A DNA stretch of 50,987 nt from Haplodiscus bocki (Eukaryota), in contig OZ296649.1 of NCBI GenBank assembly GCA_965655095.1, positions 84,196,001 to 84,246,987 on the forward strand, in the 5' to 3' direction. The notes beneath the pieces are model-generated. The model was not told the DNA's origin and did not search any database. It saw only the letters and a program-made list of their open reading frames with translations. Position numbers and translations under genes: made by a program. How positions within the stretch are numbered: position 1 is the stretch's first letter; every line of letters starts with the position of its first letter. Positions 13,051-27,649 of this stretch are shown here, piece after piece.

Positions 13051-16000
13051 ACTTTTTCGTAAAGATAAAATTGAGAACCAAAAATCAACTGATAAAAAAA
13101 ACTAAAATTTTTTAGGAATCTATTTCGATTCAGTTCAAATTTTCAATTTCAAACATTTAGATTCATTGAATTTGTTCACAAACAGTTTTAGGTGATTTCG
13201 TTGCAACTGAGAGAGAATCTGACTTCTTTCACTAGAGGGGGAGTTTTGAGCAGAAGTGGTTGCTCAAATGAAGTTTGGACGCCTATACGAAACGTTTTAA
13301 TCGTTTGAGATTTATTTATCCAGCCCGTCATCAGTAAGGAATTTTTTTTCCGTTTTTTGAAATCGAGTCTGCAGATGACGAATTTACAGTCAAATTAAAA
13401 CTTTACAATTGAACATAAAAAATTGTGGTTTTGAAAAAAACTATGTTTTTGCTAAAATTTTAATGTTCTGATATTAGCTGTTTTGTTTGAAAAATCTATA
13501 AATATATCTTCAAATTTACATGGTAGGAACTCCTCTTTTCGACATACGTTATCAGGAGAAATTTGGGATTATGATTTCAGCACTTTTGAAACACACTCAA
13601 TAAAATCTGCGAAAACATAGGAATTATTTTATCGAATGAAAGGTTTAAAGGCCGAATTTATAATTTAACTGGATCTACGCATGTTTACTACATTGAGAGC
13701 AAAAAATTGCTCCAATAAGATGCGAGTAATTCGCATGGTAATGCAACGTGTGAGACAAAAATTTATGATGAAGTTCAAGAATTGGAAAAACAAGTTGATT
13801 GCGGAAAGTGCTGAAGAATGCAGATGATTACGTTGTAGGCAAGGTTTTTGAAATTGGTTTACAAATTGCACACAATTTAAAAAAGTGAACTGGAAACTTT
13901 CCCACTCTGCACGTGAAGCCAAAATAGTTAATGACACTGGCAACTAGTGAACCTACGAAACGAAATATTAACCCAAGAATACAAGCCTGTTCATAAACTC
14001 AATCATTTTGTGAAAATCGTGATAAAAAACATTTAGTTGAGTTTCGAAATTTGAAGTTTTTTGTACGAATGGCATTGACGGTATCGGAAATGGCTTGAAG
14101 TTCTCGGGCATTCTTTCTTGAATATGATAGAAACTGGAATCACGGTCAAAAATGTATGAGGATTCAAGGTTCAACTCAGAGCAAATCTAAAATTGGCACC
14201 AAAAAATGTCAAAACAAAATATAGGCTCTTTTTGATGAAAAAATTGTAAGCAATGGGAAGTGTTCTCCTTATGATTGACAAAAAAGACCATCTTTACTTT
14301 AGAAAATGTCAAAGTATTGTAAACTTTGATGGTATGACAAGAATCTCTGGTAATAATAGTCTTTTTACAATTAAAGCTAAACGGGTGCCCATGAAGACAC
14401 CTGTTTGTTTGGGTTTACTTTAATTGGAACTGTCGGAAATGCAGGTGAATGAAAACTTTTTTGATAAGTTACAAATATACTTTGGATCATCACACCTCAC
14501 GGATTTTATTTCTTTTTTGTTAGGTTGTAGAAAATCGTCGCAGGCCGGTTGAAAAAATGAGTAAGATATGTTTGATTTCATTAGTATTTTAGATGCTCTT
14601 CAATAATTATTTTCTTCGAGAAAAATGAAGTTCAGTAATTTTCAAGTTGGAACGACGGAAACTTGAGATTAACGAAAGTATGGTCTTGAGGAGTAAAATG
14701 TATGAAACCGAAACAACTGATGAAAAAAAAAGAAAAACAGTGTGACCAAAGCCTGCTGCAAAACTAGATACTCTGGACATTGTTATAAACGTTTTCAAGG
14801 TTTACAATTTAGAAAAACAGTTCCAAGTCTGTGGCACCTAAAAACAAAGTTTGTTGAATCGGTTTACAGGAAATATAGAAAAACTCATTGGCCTCTTTTG
14901 ACTCAAAAAAGCAGCAAGTTCTATTGAACTTGTTCTAATTGCTTCAGTTTAAGTGAAAAGTTATGAATCAGCTTCGGGAATTATGGTAATTGCGATTTTA
15001 AAAGAGCGCGGCAAACACCATGAACCACCGAGTAGCAAAAAAAACTTACGAACACATCTGAAGAACGTTGTGAAATTGACAGAACAGAGTTTTTAGCAGA
15101 GAGATCCAGGGTATGAAATAGTTTCAAATTTATCCGGAAACGACAATGGAAAACATACGCTTGGACGATGAAAAATCTTTTACATCTTTTTATCTGACAT
15201 GCTCAGAGCAAATAAAATCAGCTGATAACTGGAAAAACAAGTCAGCTATCATCATTTAAACAATTGATTTTTCAAAACAAGACCTGTCCGTAACTTTCAA
15301 AATAGTTAACAAATGTTTTTGGTTCCTCAAACAACATGCCCGCAGAATACTTCGCTAAGGCTATATGTCCCCTCTCGTTTTAGCTTAATGTTTGAAATTG
15401 TCTAAATGTTTATTGGTTTCAAGTTTCGGTTCTCATAGTTTCAACTGTGTTTACCATAAATCAAAAATGGTATCAGATTCGAATGTTCCTCGTTAAAACC
15501 TTCCAATGGTGCTTAACTTTTTATTCTATACAAAAGTTTCATAAACTCTGCTCTTTTTAAAAATTTGTTGAAGAGCACTTTGACGCTTAAGTGGGTTTTG
15601 AATTGATTTACTGTTTAAGTTTCTTGAAATCAAGTTTTGCCATAATTTTAATACACTTGTACATGAAAATTTCATGTTAGCATAAAAAGGCTCCAATGGG
15701 TAGGTTTATCCAACGCTGCGCGTGAGTGCACAATGGTGGGATGGTAAGTGGTGGTGGCTGTTTTCGAATCTTTACAATTAGTAAAGTGATTTCACAGACT
15801 TTTAGAACTAGTATGTTGTAAATACTAAAAGTGGGTACAGTAACTGTACAAGTTTAGGGTTCTTTCAGCAGAACATATTACGTGGTAGAGTTTGGTATGG
15901 TACCTCCAGATCTTCAACATTTTTCTGAGGGGACATTATACCTTGTGAAGACATCTTCGTATAACTGCACAAATTCAAGACTCCTCCTACGGTCACTAAT

Positions 16001-19000
16001 CCTACAACACTTTAGAGCATAAAAGGCATCACTTGAAAGTGGTACAAACACTCACAGACTCATTTGAAATGCTTCTGTTGGACAGATGTCGTGCGTTCTA
16101 AACTTTGTTGGGTCTATTCGTTGCTAAACTTTAGTTCTCTTCTTTTTTTCAAAAGAAGTTAGAAAATGTTGCTGCCATCATGGATGGTACCATGAGTTAG
16201 TTTTGATGGTTTTCTTCTATCAAGTCCTTGTCATGGTAAAATGCAGCTGCTACCATGTGAGGGAACTGTTGAAATACTTTGGTGTAAATTCAGCCGAAGT
16301 AAACACACGCTAGGACTAGACACCAAAACAGACAGTTTTGGTGAGCACCTGCTTTGACTATACTATGGTGTTTAGAAATTTGAATTTCAATTGGAAAGGT
16401 GGCAAGTCTTATTTAAAGGGGCTTTATAAGCCGCGAAAAAATTGAATCAAATCATGAAAGTCATTTCAATGAAAATTTTTTGTTCTGGCCGATAACGGCC
16501 ACTATACATTATTTTTTGTTTCTTCATGTTGAAAAGTGAAAACATAAAAGGTTTGACTATTTCCTCGTCGCAAATTGTTTATATGTTCTCTGTCAATACC
16601 TATCCAAAATATTGAGAAAATCATCTTCTTTGATGGTTTATGATAGCTCGAGGTTTCATTGAAAATAAATGTAAAATACTCTAGGTTTTGCTATTCTCAA
16701 AACACTGAGTGAGAACTTCTATTGCCTTGATTCGACGGAGAATTGAATAGCATTTTGTTGTACAAATTTGTGTTTGTAAATTTGGAACGAGTCCAAAGGT
16801 AAAATTGAATGTGAAATTTGACTTTCTTTGAAACCTACGCAATTTTAAAACTTAGGCAAGAAGCTACTATCTTAGAATTGTCCCAGAAATGAATATATTG
16901 GGATCAAACATGAATAGATTATCTTGAACCCAAATGAAATCTAGGAAAAACTTCGATGACACTGCATTTTTTTGTTTTCCAAAAGATCAAAAACTAACTA
17001 TTGAATGAAATGCATGCTAAAAAACGTCTCCATTTCCAATTCCTCAATGACCGAATTAACCGACCTTAATGCGAACATTAACATGGTGGACATGTTTCGA
17101 AAAGAGTAATATTATTTGAAAAAACTGCAAAAAAAACTTCCAAGCGTCTGTCACAAAACGTTTGTTTTGTTAAAACTTCCATATAAATTTTTCTTCGGTA
17201 TAGAAAATGGTCCGATACTCTTTTTTTCCGCTGAAGGCTCCACTGTTCAAAAAATTGAAAAAATTGCATGGAAACCCAGAACTTCTTGAAGCGTCGCTTT
17301 TGTCTCCAAAAAACTAGATGCTATTTGTCAAAATAATTTTCACTACATCGGCAAGACAATATGACTCAGCCTGAATTAATCCGAAGGAAATGCCAGGAAA
17401 GGCGAAGTTTTCAAATTTCCATATGAATTGAGAAAAACGATGTCGAGCAGTCACGAAAAGCTCAGATTTTTTGTTTCAACGAATTTAAATATGTTTAATT
17501 ACGGAAACTATTTAGCTTGGAGTGGCCGATAATTAAATCAAACTTGGGCTGACGTCGTTGCTAATTCTGAAATATGTTCCATTTTATCAAGCTTTCGGAG
17601 AAAAACTTGAAGGCACGCTAAATTTCGAGAACTTGTGTTCAGCTTGTACAAACTTGGCTTCTGTTTGGAAACTGTTTGAACATATATGCAACACTGCGAA
17701 TAACATTCAATCAACTTCAAAAGGAAACATTTTTTTTCAAGAAAAATTATTTGAGAGCTGCTGTAAACTTTCTTTTTAAAAAACAAACGTTTCCTATTCA
17801 AAATTTTTTCTTTCTAAAAAAAATTCATTTTCAGACAGTATTTTTGCAGCAAGTACGAGTTTTTTTCCAAAAACATTCGAGAACTAACAGTACTCTCAAT
17901 TTCTGGCGAAGTAAAAAATTCTCAAGTTTCCTTAGTTCAGCCTTGGTTACTACATCCCCATATGATTATTCCGCTTTTTGCTGAGCAATCCAGAAAACGA
18001 GAAATTAGGCCTGAGTACGAGCGGAGTTCGTTGACATTTTGTGGAGAAAAAAATTGCTATTGTAAATGAATCTGAAATTACCCAAAAAAAATTGCTGTGG
18101 ATCAATTGCCGAACGAATGATTTTTGTTCTTCCCAAAAGCCGCAAACGAAATTTTTCGGAAATTGTCAAAATTTCGATCTTTTCATGTGGTGCAAATGTT
18201 TTTTCCAAGACTTCCTGTCTACATTGTGAGAGATCTCAAAATTTTGAGAGAACGGAAAGTGAAAGGGTAAAAGTTTTTCGAACCAAGCCAAAAGGTTGTT
18301 ACCATCGTGAAGTGTTATGGTAATTTCGACAAGAACATTTTGCGGTAATTTTTCGACATTCAGAATTCACTACTCAATTTAATCTCAATAGTCGAAAAGT
18401 AATCGAGAAAACCTAAATGAGCCGATACTTTCTTTCCTTTGGTGCAAGTATCCATCAAAAATTGTCGATAGATTTCAAAAAAAATATTTTTGCTTTTTCC
18501 TGAAAAAATCGTTTCTATGATTTACGGAAATCGAAGATCTAACAAACAACATTCAAAAAGCCAAAATCATTGTCTTGACATTCAACCAGCTGATTACTTC
18601 GTAAAATTTCATTTGACGAGATATTTTTAAGGTCAAATCTGACACTTTTCGTCGAAAGAATTTATAGGAAACGAAAAATGTGAACTTTTGGAACACTTTC
18701 GTAAACAATGTTTTCAGAAGCAACAAAAAACAAATTTTTCGCAGTCTAGAAAGCAGCATATTCCCTAGTAAAAACCAAGTAAAATAGTTAGCTTGAAAAA
18801 AGTTAGAGTGTACTGTGGCGCCATCCCTGTTCGTTTTTGTAGCCTAACACTGCTCATTATAGCCCGTTTGAATAAAGACTAGTCCTGAAAAATATCAGCG
18901 ATCGTCCAGCTTCATGTGATCTAAGTTTCTTTTCACCAAGTTTCGAAAACTAAAAAAACTTAAAGATCCGTATTTAATTGCGACGGAAGACAACAAGAAG

Positions 19001-19149
19001 CGAAGTAGCGTAGTATTGTGACAATTTGCGAAAACACTTGCACAAAAGCGCGAAATCTAAGATATGTGTTGATTACTCATTTCATTTGATTGAAATTTTC
19101 AAAAAACAGTGTTTCAAAAATATTGAAGAAAAATCCTGAGATAAAAATC

Positions 19150-20250
19150 CTTTGAACTCTTCCATTATCTCATTGGTGTTTAAAGCTTTCATTCCTTCCC
19201 AGTTTTGCCAAATGTTTGCGCAAAACAAAAAGCAAAACTTTTAAGAAAAGAAGGGTTTTATCTACACCGCCTTCGTTGCCTAAAACATCCATTAGGAAAT
19301 TCGTAGATTTGAAGAATGTTTTGATTCGTCTTAGATGAAAAGCGTTGGTTGTGAAAAACTCAAAAACTGCCTTGTCCAAATTATTATGGACTCAATAATT
19401 TTTGAAGAACAACTAAAAGATGATTTGCGTGAGTAGTTTAGTTCAAACACTTTTGGAAGATAAGATGCCTTAACTTGGCATCAAGTTTTATCGTAGCAAA
19501 CTTTGAACTATCGTTCGGGGAATGAGAATCAATGTCCCGCCAATTTTTTGCACTCAAATCAATCAAATCTGGTTAAATTTTCAATTAAGTCCTTCTGGAA
19601 GAACTTGACTAAACAATTCAATGTGAAAACCACTGTATCGTTTGTACTGGACATCTTAGACTTTATTAGCTCTATTTGAACCATCATTTGTGGAATGAAA
19701 ACTGATGAAACAACTCTACCTAAAACAAGCTACTGCTGATATGCATTGTTCAGAATTGAGAAACTGAGTCCGTAGATTAAGAGAAAAACTCTTCGAACAT
19801 CATTGAACTGTTTTAGCAGCAATATTTGGACGAGCATTTGTGCAGAATGAAGCTGCAGCCAAGAGAAATTTCTCCGTTAAAATCTGAATACTTCTGGTAA
19901 TTTTTCGATCGAGCACCAAATGAAGGAAGTTTGACCAGTAATTTATGAGATGCATTCCTCTGGAAAACGACTAAATATGAAATGGCTTGTTTTTGTAGCA
20001 TCCTTTGGGCTCTTGTTCGTGAAAAAATAATCTTTATTTGGAAATTTTTCCTACTACATCTCCTTTCTCGAAAAATTCAGCTTTAGTTTTTGCCTGAGCA
20101 AAAAAAATGCAGTTGTAGTTTAGAGGAAAAAACAATTTGATGGTCGAATAAACTCAGTATAATATGCTTGAGTAGCAAAAACTGAACCATTATTGGTTGA
20201 AAATGAAGCAAAATTAACAGAAAGTGCTCCGTTTATATCAATATACGTCT
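19150..20250 (+). mobile_element. Highly decayed Gypsy-like RNaseH/integrase remnant
   Basis: VRGMRINVPP (cf. RG.RIVIP) at ~19512 and SSNIIELF (cf. TS..VI..L) at ~19790, in the expected order. Many stops. Confidence 0.3.
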
Positions 20251-20699
20251 CATAAGCTTCCAATTAAGCCCGACATCAATGAAATTTCGAAATTTTTCAA
20301 GAAACTGAAAATACTGAAGAAATCCAAAACATCATAATAGTCTCAGCTTTTCTTCAATTTTGAAAATTACGATGAAATTCCAGGAGATTCTGTCAAAAGC
20401 TGAACAGGCTGAGAGAACGAGTATTTTTCAAGTTCTGTGTTCCCTAAAAACTTCCACGAGACATACTCAGAAGGTTCTAAAATTCTCAATTTCCGTTCCT
20501 CTTGATGGTTTTTTGGTTAATTTCAAGGAATATACCATACTTGTGAGATTTTTTTCGGAAACAAAACTTTTCATGGAGAGTTTTCAAAAATTTCTGAAAA
20601 CTCAGTTTGACTTGGAATTTGATAAGGAAGTGCTCAAAAAATCTTTTAAAAATCGATTTTAAAAATTGATGAAAGTTTTGACATTTATGAAATTTTCAT

Positions 20700-22250
20700 A
20701 AATTGGACAAAACGTAAAAGCTGTGCCCGAAATTGGATTTGAAATCGTAGCTGGTGCCCCAGGAGCATCTTCATTAAACCCTTTGCGAAGGGTGCAAACT
20801 TGTTTGTGGGTTTTTATAATCTGACATTGATTCCGGTAATTTTGAAAAAAGGAAAGGAGCTCAACTTTCGAATTGAAGATTTTACTTGACCAATAGCATT
20901 TCCCAAATTAATAATTGTATACTGCATGCCAACCTATATTGCCTCAGCTTTATTTTGAAATAAGTAGTCCTTTCAGTAGGCGTTCCAAACCTCCGCTATT
21001 TCGGAGAATCTTAACTTCGATGGAAAAATAGCAATTTTTCATTGCCTGTGGTTGATATACCTAAACCATTTCCAAAATAGGTTTCAGCAAAAGTATTAAA
21101 AAAAGGGAGAAAACAGAATTTGGTGATATACCTTTCACTCCGTTTGAGAAAGGCGACGGCAGCATCGATTTTGAGGTTTCCCGGCTTGTTACTTTACATA
21201 GACGGCTCTTAAAAACAGAAATAGTCAGTGAAAAACCAATAAGTGCGAAAATTTTAATGGTTATGGACACTATGTGACATATCATGGGAAAAAGCTTGTT
21301 TTAAAAGCCAGCATTCGCTCCTGACAAACGCATTCCATTTTATATCCTTTTGTCGTACTCATGCATTTTGTGACAGGGGAATGTCTCAAACCGCGGAAAC
21401 ATAAAGAAAACCCAAAAAAAGTAGTTTCTAAAGTCAAAATTAATGTAAAAACACTGAAAGTAATGTTGAAATGGGTTTTCATTCCCAAATTTGTGCAAAA
21501 GTATTGCTTGCTCAGAGGTTTCTAAAGCTCAAAGACACTTTAGAGCGTCTTTCAATCCTCTGTTGAAATAATCAAATTCCATTTAAAGGTAAACTGATCT
21601 TTAAAGATAACAATTCATCTTTAAATAAAATTTGGTTGCTTCAGTTCTGAAGCTTCAATTACTTTTAATCACATCGATTTGCCGTTCTTTTTTTGAAAGT
21701 CCTAAATTAATGACACCAGGAACACTCATTCTAGCCTTTCTGTTGTCGATAACTATCTTTTGATTCAAATTGGTGAATTTATTCAGTCATAGTAAGACAA
21801 AGAAATTGTTTCCTCGAATTAATTGTTTCTCAAACAATAGAATAGATTTTACCAATTGAACTATTACTATCGTCTTTAGCGTTGGTGGAAATCTTGATGT
21901 TGACATACTCTTTTGTATTGGTCCGAAACCAATTCTAAAGATGACCGATCTAATTTGAATTTTGCCAGGAAAACCCTAAAAATTGTAATTTCAAGTCTAT
22001 TATTTGGAGGTCTTTTTTTGACTGATGAATTATTGTTCGAATATAGCTCATCTCTCAGGCATATCACTCCACCACCTTGTCTCTCATTTTGATTCTCAAG
22101 ATAGCTTTGCGCTTTTCCCATTACATCAGCAGGTGTTTTAGTCTGATAGATATATTCCACTAAAAATAAATCAATTGCATAGTGACATTGCATGAGAGCA
22201 ATTATCTTCCACGGTAATCCGGATACTTGATACCATTTGTCTCAGTCTGA
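20700..22250 (-). mobile_element. Decayed CR1/L2-like LINE ORF2 (AP endonuclease and RT motifs)
   Basis: In order on the minus strand: ERQGGGVICLRDEL (APE GGGV motif), FFGFSLCFRGLRHS (cf. FLDFSKAFD.V.H) and GISPNSVFSLFLILL (cf. GVPQGSVLGP.LFLI). Confidence 0.55.
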
Positions 22251-23399
22251 GATTGAATTTCTGAGTTGTTTTCAGCGCCGCTCTGCCCAACTTGAAAAAC
22301 AAATCGGGCTCAAAAGTATGAGTGATGCTACAAAATTGAGAGCTACAAAATGTTCTGTCTCACAGTCTGCCAAAAAACATCAAAAATACTGGAACTAATT
22401 TTGGTAAGAGTTGGCGAACTGAACGAAAATTAAAAGAAAAGCAATATGGCATGAATGGTTAACAGATTCAATAATTTCGTTTGTTTTTGGCCTATCCTTT
22501 CGCCGCGTGACTTCATTGGCTCAAAAGGAAATTCCTGATGCTCGAGTTCACTCGAAAATGAAATGCCCCTCCGCACCGTGTTTGGTTTTCTGGTGTTTTT
22601 TCCTGAAACGGGTGAAATAGCAATATGATTGAAATATTAATTCTATACAAAAACAGGAAGCGCAGTTGCACTGCGATTTCTTCCGTCAAAAGTGTGTAGA
22701 AATGATATTGATCGAATATAAAACAATTTGTTTTCGATTGAGACCTTGTCGCCAGAAGTCGAACTTCTATTTTCTGGTTTGATTCCTTGACTTGTAACTT
22801 TTTATTACAATTAGTTTATCGTGAAAACTCATTACCCTTGTGTACGCAGCTTTATATCGGAAAAGAGTTTTAGAAAATAATGAGTTTGAATTTCGAGAAA
22901 AAAAACAAAAACAACTGCATTTTCGGCTTTTTCGGCCAAAATTGAAAAATCTGTGGATTGTGCAAAAATCAAACAAAATCAATTCGAAGACTTTTCTACA
23001 GATAAAAGGGTCGAAGTTAAAACCTTGATGGATAAAACGAAGCCAATAGTTCTAGAGAAATGAGAATTTGAACTAAGTGATATACCAAAACTACCATTTT
23101 TTGGCATTTTCGACTATCAAGATTCCGATGCTAAGATCAAGATCCATCATTTTTATTTTGAACAGTCCTCTTAAAGAAGACAAGTGTTGTTTGAGTCCTC
23201 GATAGACGATTTCGAACTAGTAGTTGCGGAGAAGCAAAAGTTCGAAAACATAGATGTATTTTTTATTAACATTTTTCGCAGTTTTGGCTTGTCAGGAATC
23301 GGAAAGAGAGAGAGAGAGAAAACAAGGAAACCGAGAGTTCAGTGTTAGTTTTACGACAAGAGCTCCTCAAAAAACGAGGAAAAAGTGCCATCACTTTTT

Positions 23400-24950
23400 T
23401 ATTGAAAGTTCGGTGCTTAACGGCTTTGACATAAATTTAAGTTTTTAAAAAGTATTGAAAATGTGCCGATTTGATTTGTTTTGCAGAGGAAACGTATCAA
23501 AAAAAATCTGGACAGGAACTATAAAAAATTGTTATACATTAGGTTTTCCTTGTTACTTGAATGCCAATTGGGCGTTTTTTTCAGTTTTTGCACCCAGGAT
23601 ATCGAACTAGAAATTGACTACACTTTCATTTAGCCAAAAGATCCCAACTTGCCTGTCTGTTCCTTGAAAAATATTTTGAAAAACTTCGAGACCGAAAATT
23701 CAGGAACAATATGAGTACCTAGTTGTTTTTTAAATTTAAAATTTGGTAGTACCTAAACATAACTGCTCCGAAAAACGAAAATAGACGAAAAGTTCGAAAA
23801 AAGTCAAAAAAAGCTCCATTGTCAAGTTCCTGTCCCCGACAAACAGCAAAAAAAGTATTGTCCACAACCTGAAGGTAATTGTTGAAAACACGGGGTCTCC
23901 TTGTTACGCCAATGGTAAATCGGGCCATTTTGAGCCCGATTTTATAAGAATTGGCACTAGAATTGTTAAAGGATGAGATTGAAAAATCTACAGCTAACGC
24001 GATTTAAAAGTTTGTTCCACTGAAAACTTATCAGAAATTCTTAGTCTGCGACAGCAGCCAAACAATAAAAAGCAATTTACGAAGGTCTTTTCTTAGTCTT
24101 TTTTGGATAAAAGACCTCTTTCTGAACTTTTTCAACTATGTATGACTTCAAATTGATAAAGAAATTGAAAAATACTCGCTGCTCAAATGTTTTCTCACAG
24201 AAAGAACCTATCGACAATCATGGACGCCGAAAAGTAAAACTGCCTCCTAAGTAGGAGTCCCTGATTGAAACTAGACAAAGTTCAAATAAATTGAAGCATC
24301 GGCTGCCAAGATGAAAAAACTTCAACTTGAAAACTTCGACGAAAGACCAAAAAATATATTGTTTTTCAGGACTTCTTCGGTTATAAGACGGACGAAAGTT
24401 TCTTCCAAACAACTTAGATAGAAAAGAATGTTAACTTATGACCTCCTTATGTCACGATAATATGATTGCTTTTCTTGGAGGAAGGACTAAAAAAACGTTA
24501 AAAGAACTCAATTTTCAAGATCTGTTCGCCAACGAAACTCGTGAGAAATCTACTTTACAGCAACTAAAATTAATTTTGAAGAATTCATGATTGTGCATTG
24601 AGGAGCCGAAACTAAGAACTCGAAATGCCCATCAACCCCATTCATTTGAAATACCCAAAAAAAATTGATTTTTGATAACATTTTTCCGCGAAACAGATTT
24701 AAAGAATGTCGGACTGCAACTGAATTTGAGAATGTGATGAAAATTTTGTTGATTCTGGTCAAAACTGAGGCAATTGGCAGTTCTGCAAGAAAGAATGAAG
24801 GACTTCTGTTATGACAATTGTTGCCAAAGTAGCCGAGAATTGCTACAATTTCGAGTTTCTGTAACAGAAAAACAGGTCGAAAAACTGCTGAACTGCAACT
24901 AGATCTAAATACGTGACAGAAATGAGTCTGCGTGTAAATTGTGGCCAAAA
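23400..24950 (+). mobile_element. Decayed LTR-retrotransposon gag(-pol) remnant
   Basis: PCYANGKSGHFEPD at ~23899-23940 is an eroded CCHC knuckle (cf. CY.CGK.GH.ARDC). Extent is approximate. Confidence 0.35.
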
Positions 24951-25489
24951 TTGAGGCAAATAGCAGCCTTAGATATATATTTAAACGGAAGAGTTTTTGA
25001 ATGACAGCTAAATCTTACCAAGGTAACTAATAATTGCTCCATTTTTGATTTTTTTTTCGCAGAAAAACCAATTGAATATTGTCAGACCGCAGTTAAAGTG
25101 TAATGACTGATGCAAAAAGTAGTTATCAAAAGAACTCGATAAAATTGAAGCATTTTGGAGCTCTAGATGACAAAATAAACAACTTATAAAATGACCACTA
25201 TATTCACATCAATTGGTTTTAACACATTTTTCAAATCGCTATCTCAAAAAACAAACGAAAATTGTAGACGCGCATGCATAACCTAGTAAATGACGAAACA
25301 CAGTCTCTTTATTGAAGCCGTGCAAAACTCAGGTTCTTAGGAGCCCTACATGAGGAAACGAGTGACTTATAAGAATACAACTTTGGTCAAATTGGCCAAA
25401 ATGAGTTCGGTATTCGACTCGTAGTCGGAAAAAACCACAAAAGCTGCAGGACCTCAAGCAAAAGAATTGGACTGTGGAAGAGAAGTTTT

Positions 25490-26030
25490 CACCAAGTTTG
25501 TCGAGACGGCATTGTAAATTTTAGGGGGTAGCTTTGAGGATATTTTTTGAGGAAAGTTCTCAAAACTCAATGATAATTTATCGACCTTCGTCGAATTCTT
25601 TTCCTAGCTGAGGCGGAAAGTTTTTGGTTGTTTTCTCAGAATTGCACTCCCGCTTTTTGGGAAGAAAATTGTGAACTTTGTCATTAAACTTTATTCTTTC
25701 TCAGTCCTGAAGCGAAGCTTTTTCGGCTGGGCAGTCCAACTTGAAATTTAAGTGTCCAGAAGGACAATTTCGTTCAAAACATTCGAGTTATTTTAACTTT
25801 TTTCAAAAATTCAGCTACAAATTTTTTCGCACTGTGGAAAACATTTTGCGTTATCAAAACAGAATTCTACTTTTCTAGAGTAAAATTTCGGTTTGAAAAA
25901 AAACGGCTTTTCATCTTTTTCAGTTCTTTGAACGAAACTTTTTCGGTTTTTGAGTGAAATAAGTTCAACCGGGTTGTCAAAACAAAAATTGTTTTCTACG
26001 TTCCAAAAAAAAAAATTTTGGACTGTGGAA
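25490..26030. repeat. Degenerate ~115-120-bp tandem units related to the family B internal motif (GTTGTCAAAACTGCATTCTACGTGTCCAG)
   Basis: Motif variants at ~25497, 25610-25650, 25728, 25850 and 25971. Confidence 0.5.
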
Positions 26031-26972
26031 AACGTGAACATCTTCTTTCCAAATTGGCAAAATTATTGAAGAAAACCATGTACTGAGGGATTGAAGAAGG
26101 TTTTTTTTTCGTGGTGTATAATGACGGAATGAAAGAATATGGGCAATGAAACTGCTCTATTTTTTGTGGACGGTTGAAAACTGATTGATCGAAAAAGACA
26201 CTATCAGTTAAGCAATTGATAGAGGAACAGTTAGAAGAATATCATTTCCTTCTTTGCGTTATGCCTTTAATGGCAATATTGATTCATCAGTGGTCCAGAG
26301 CACAGAAAAAGCCGGAGAGGTCTTCATGAAAATTGGAAACGCCGTCTAGTGAGATCCTGATACTGAAAAAGCAACCGATAATTGCAGATGAGGATAAATC
26401 GAGAAAAAACAGTACAAATGGCAATAATGCAGTTTTCTGCCGATGAGGCTTCCAAAGCAAAGTATAACTTTTGTGGCATCTTTATACAACTACATTTTAT
26501 AAAAAAATTTCAATTGAAAGCTTCCTTGAAGAAATGATGCCACTACTGTCGGAAAAATGTAATATAAATTTTGAAAGGTTTTTTGAGTTGTCTCGCACTT
26601 TCGCTCCACCAGATTTTAATGCAATTGGGGAAACTCGTAATGATTTTGTCGTTAACTTCTCTTAGTGGAAAATTATTGGTTGAAATTTTGCTCAGAGAAA
26701 TGGTGCTCCTGGTGTTCAAAGAGAAACAATTTCAAGAAAAGCAAGATTTGCAAAGTTTGGCATTTTGGGCAATTTCGCGTTATTAAGTCTCCATTGTAAA
26801 GAACGCAACCTAAGATCCTATCAATGACTGCGCTTCTACAGGAAGAAATTTGTCCATTGAGAAACCGATGTCAGAAATATACTTTTTTGATTTTTTGTGG
26901 CTGTTTTGACCGGTCAAGTCGTCTTCGCAAAGATCGGAACACTAGATATTAAAAACAATATATCTGTTACAG

Positions 26973-27131
26973 GTATATAGAAACTGATTGAGACCTTGAG
27001 GAAATAAAGCTATCACGTCGTTTGGAATATGATACCTCTGAAAAACCTCCTGTATATAAATACCGATTGAGACCAGGAGGAAATAAAGTTAACACGTCGT
27101 TTGGAATATGATACCTCTGAAAAACCTCCTG
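26973..27131 (+). repeat. Tandem duplication of a 79-bp unit
   Basis: GTATATA...GATTGAGACC..GAGGAAATAAAG....CACGTCGTTTGGAATATGATACCTCTGAAAAACCTCCTG at 26973 and 27052. Confidence 0.95.
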
Positions 27132-27649
27132 ATACCCCTCATTTTGGCCTTATATGTTTCCAGTACGCAACGCGTAAATTTTAACTGAGAAAATTTTTAC
27201 GAGTTGATTTTTGTTGAATTACAAACTCATACAGAAAAACCAGCAAGCAATTTTGGCATTACCATTTCCACTTTTTGGGCAAGTTGGGTCCATCAGGATT
27301 CGAATGCTCGGAAATGACCTCAAGATAGTGTTTCGGTCTCAACTTCTAGAAGTTGAAAACTTGTTAATTGGATGGAACCTTTATGGAAGAAATGCAGCTG
27401 GTAGTCTCCTAAAAAATGAGTCTTAAGATCCGGTGAAATCATACGATTAAGCAGTTTTCCGGAATGTCGGCCGATCAAGATTTCACTGCAAATAAGGGAT
27501 GCCAAAGTTTGATAGGAAAACTTTTGCTTCAAGGAGAAACTTCTCCATCAACACCTTGTTTGAAGAATTTTAGCAAGGATATTGGAGGCAATAATGTTTG
27601 AATTGAAGAAAAAATCAATGCTGTTTGCGTTGAATTTCATTCGAAAAAG

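Noticed and set aside
16500-16950. CR1-like 3' fragment (LIRRRIE, NLERVQR)
   Set aside because: Only two short motif resemblances, too weak to list without a search.
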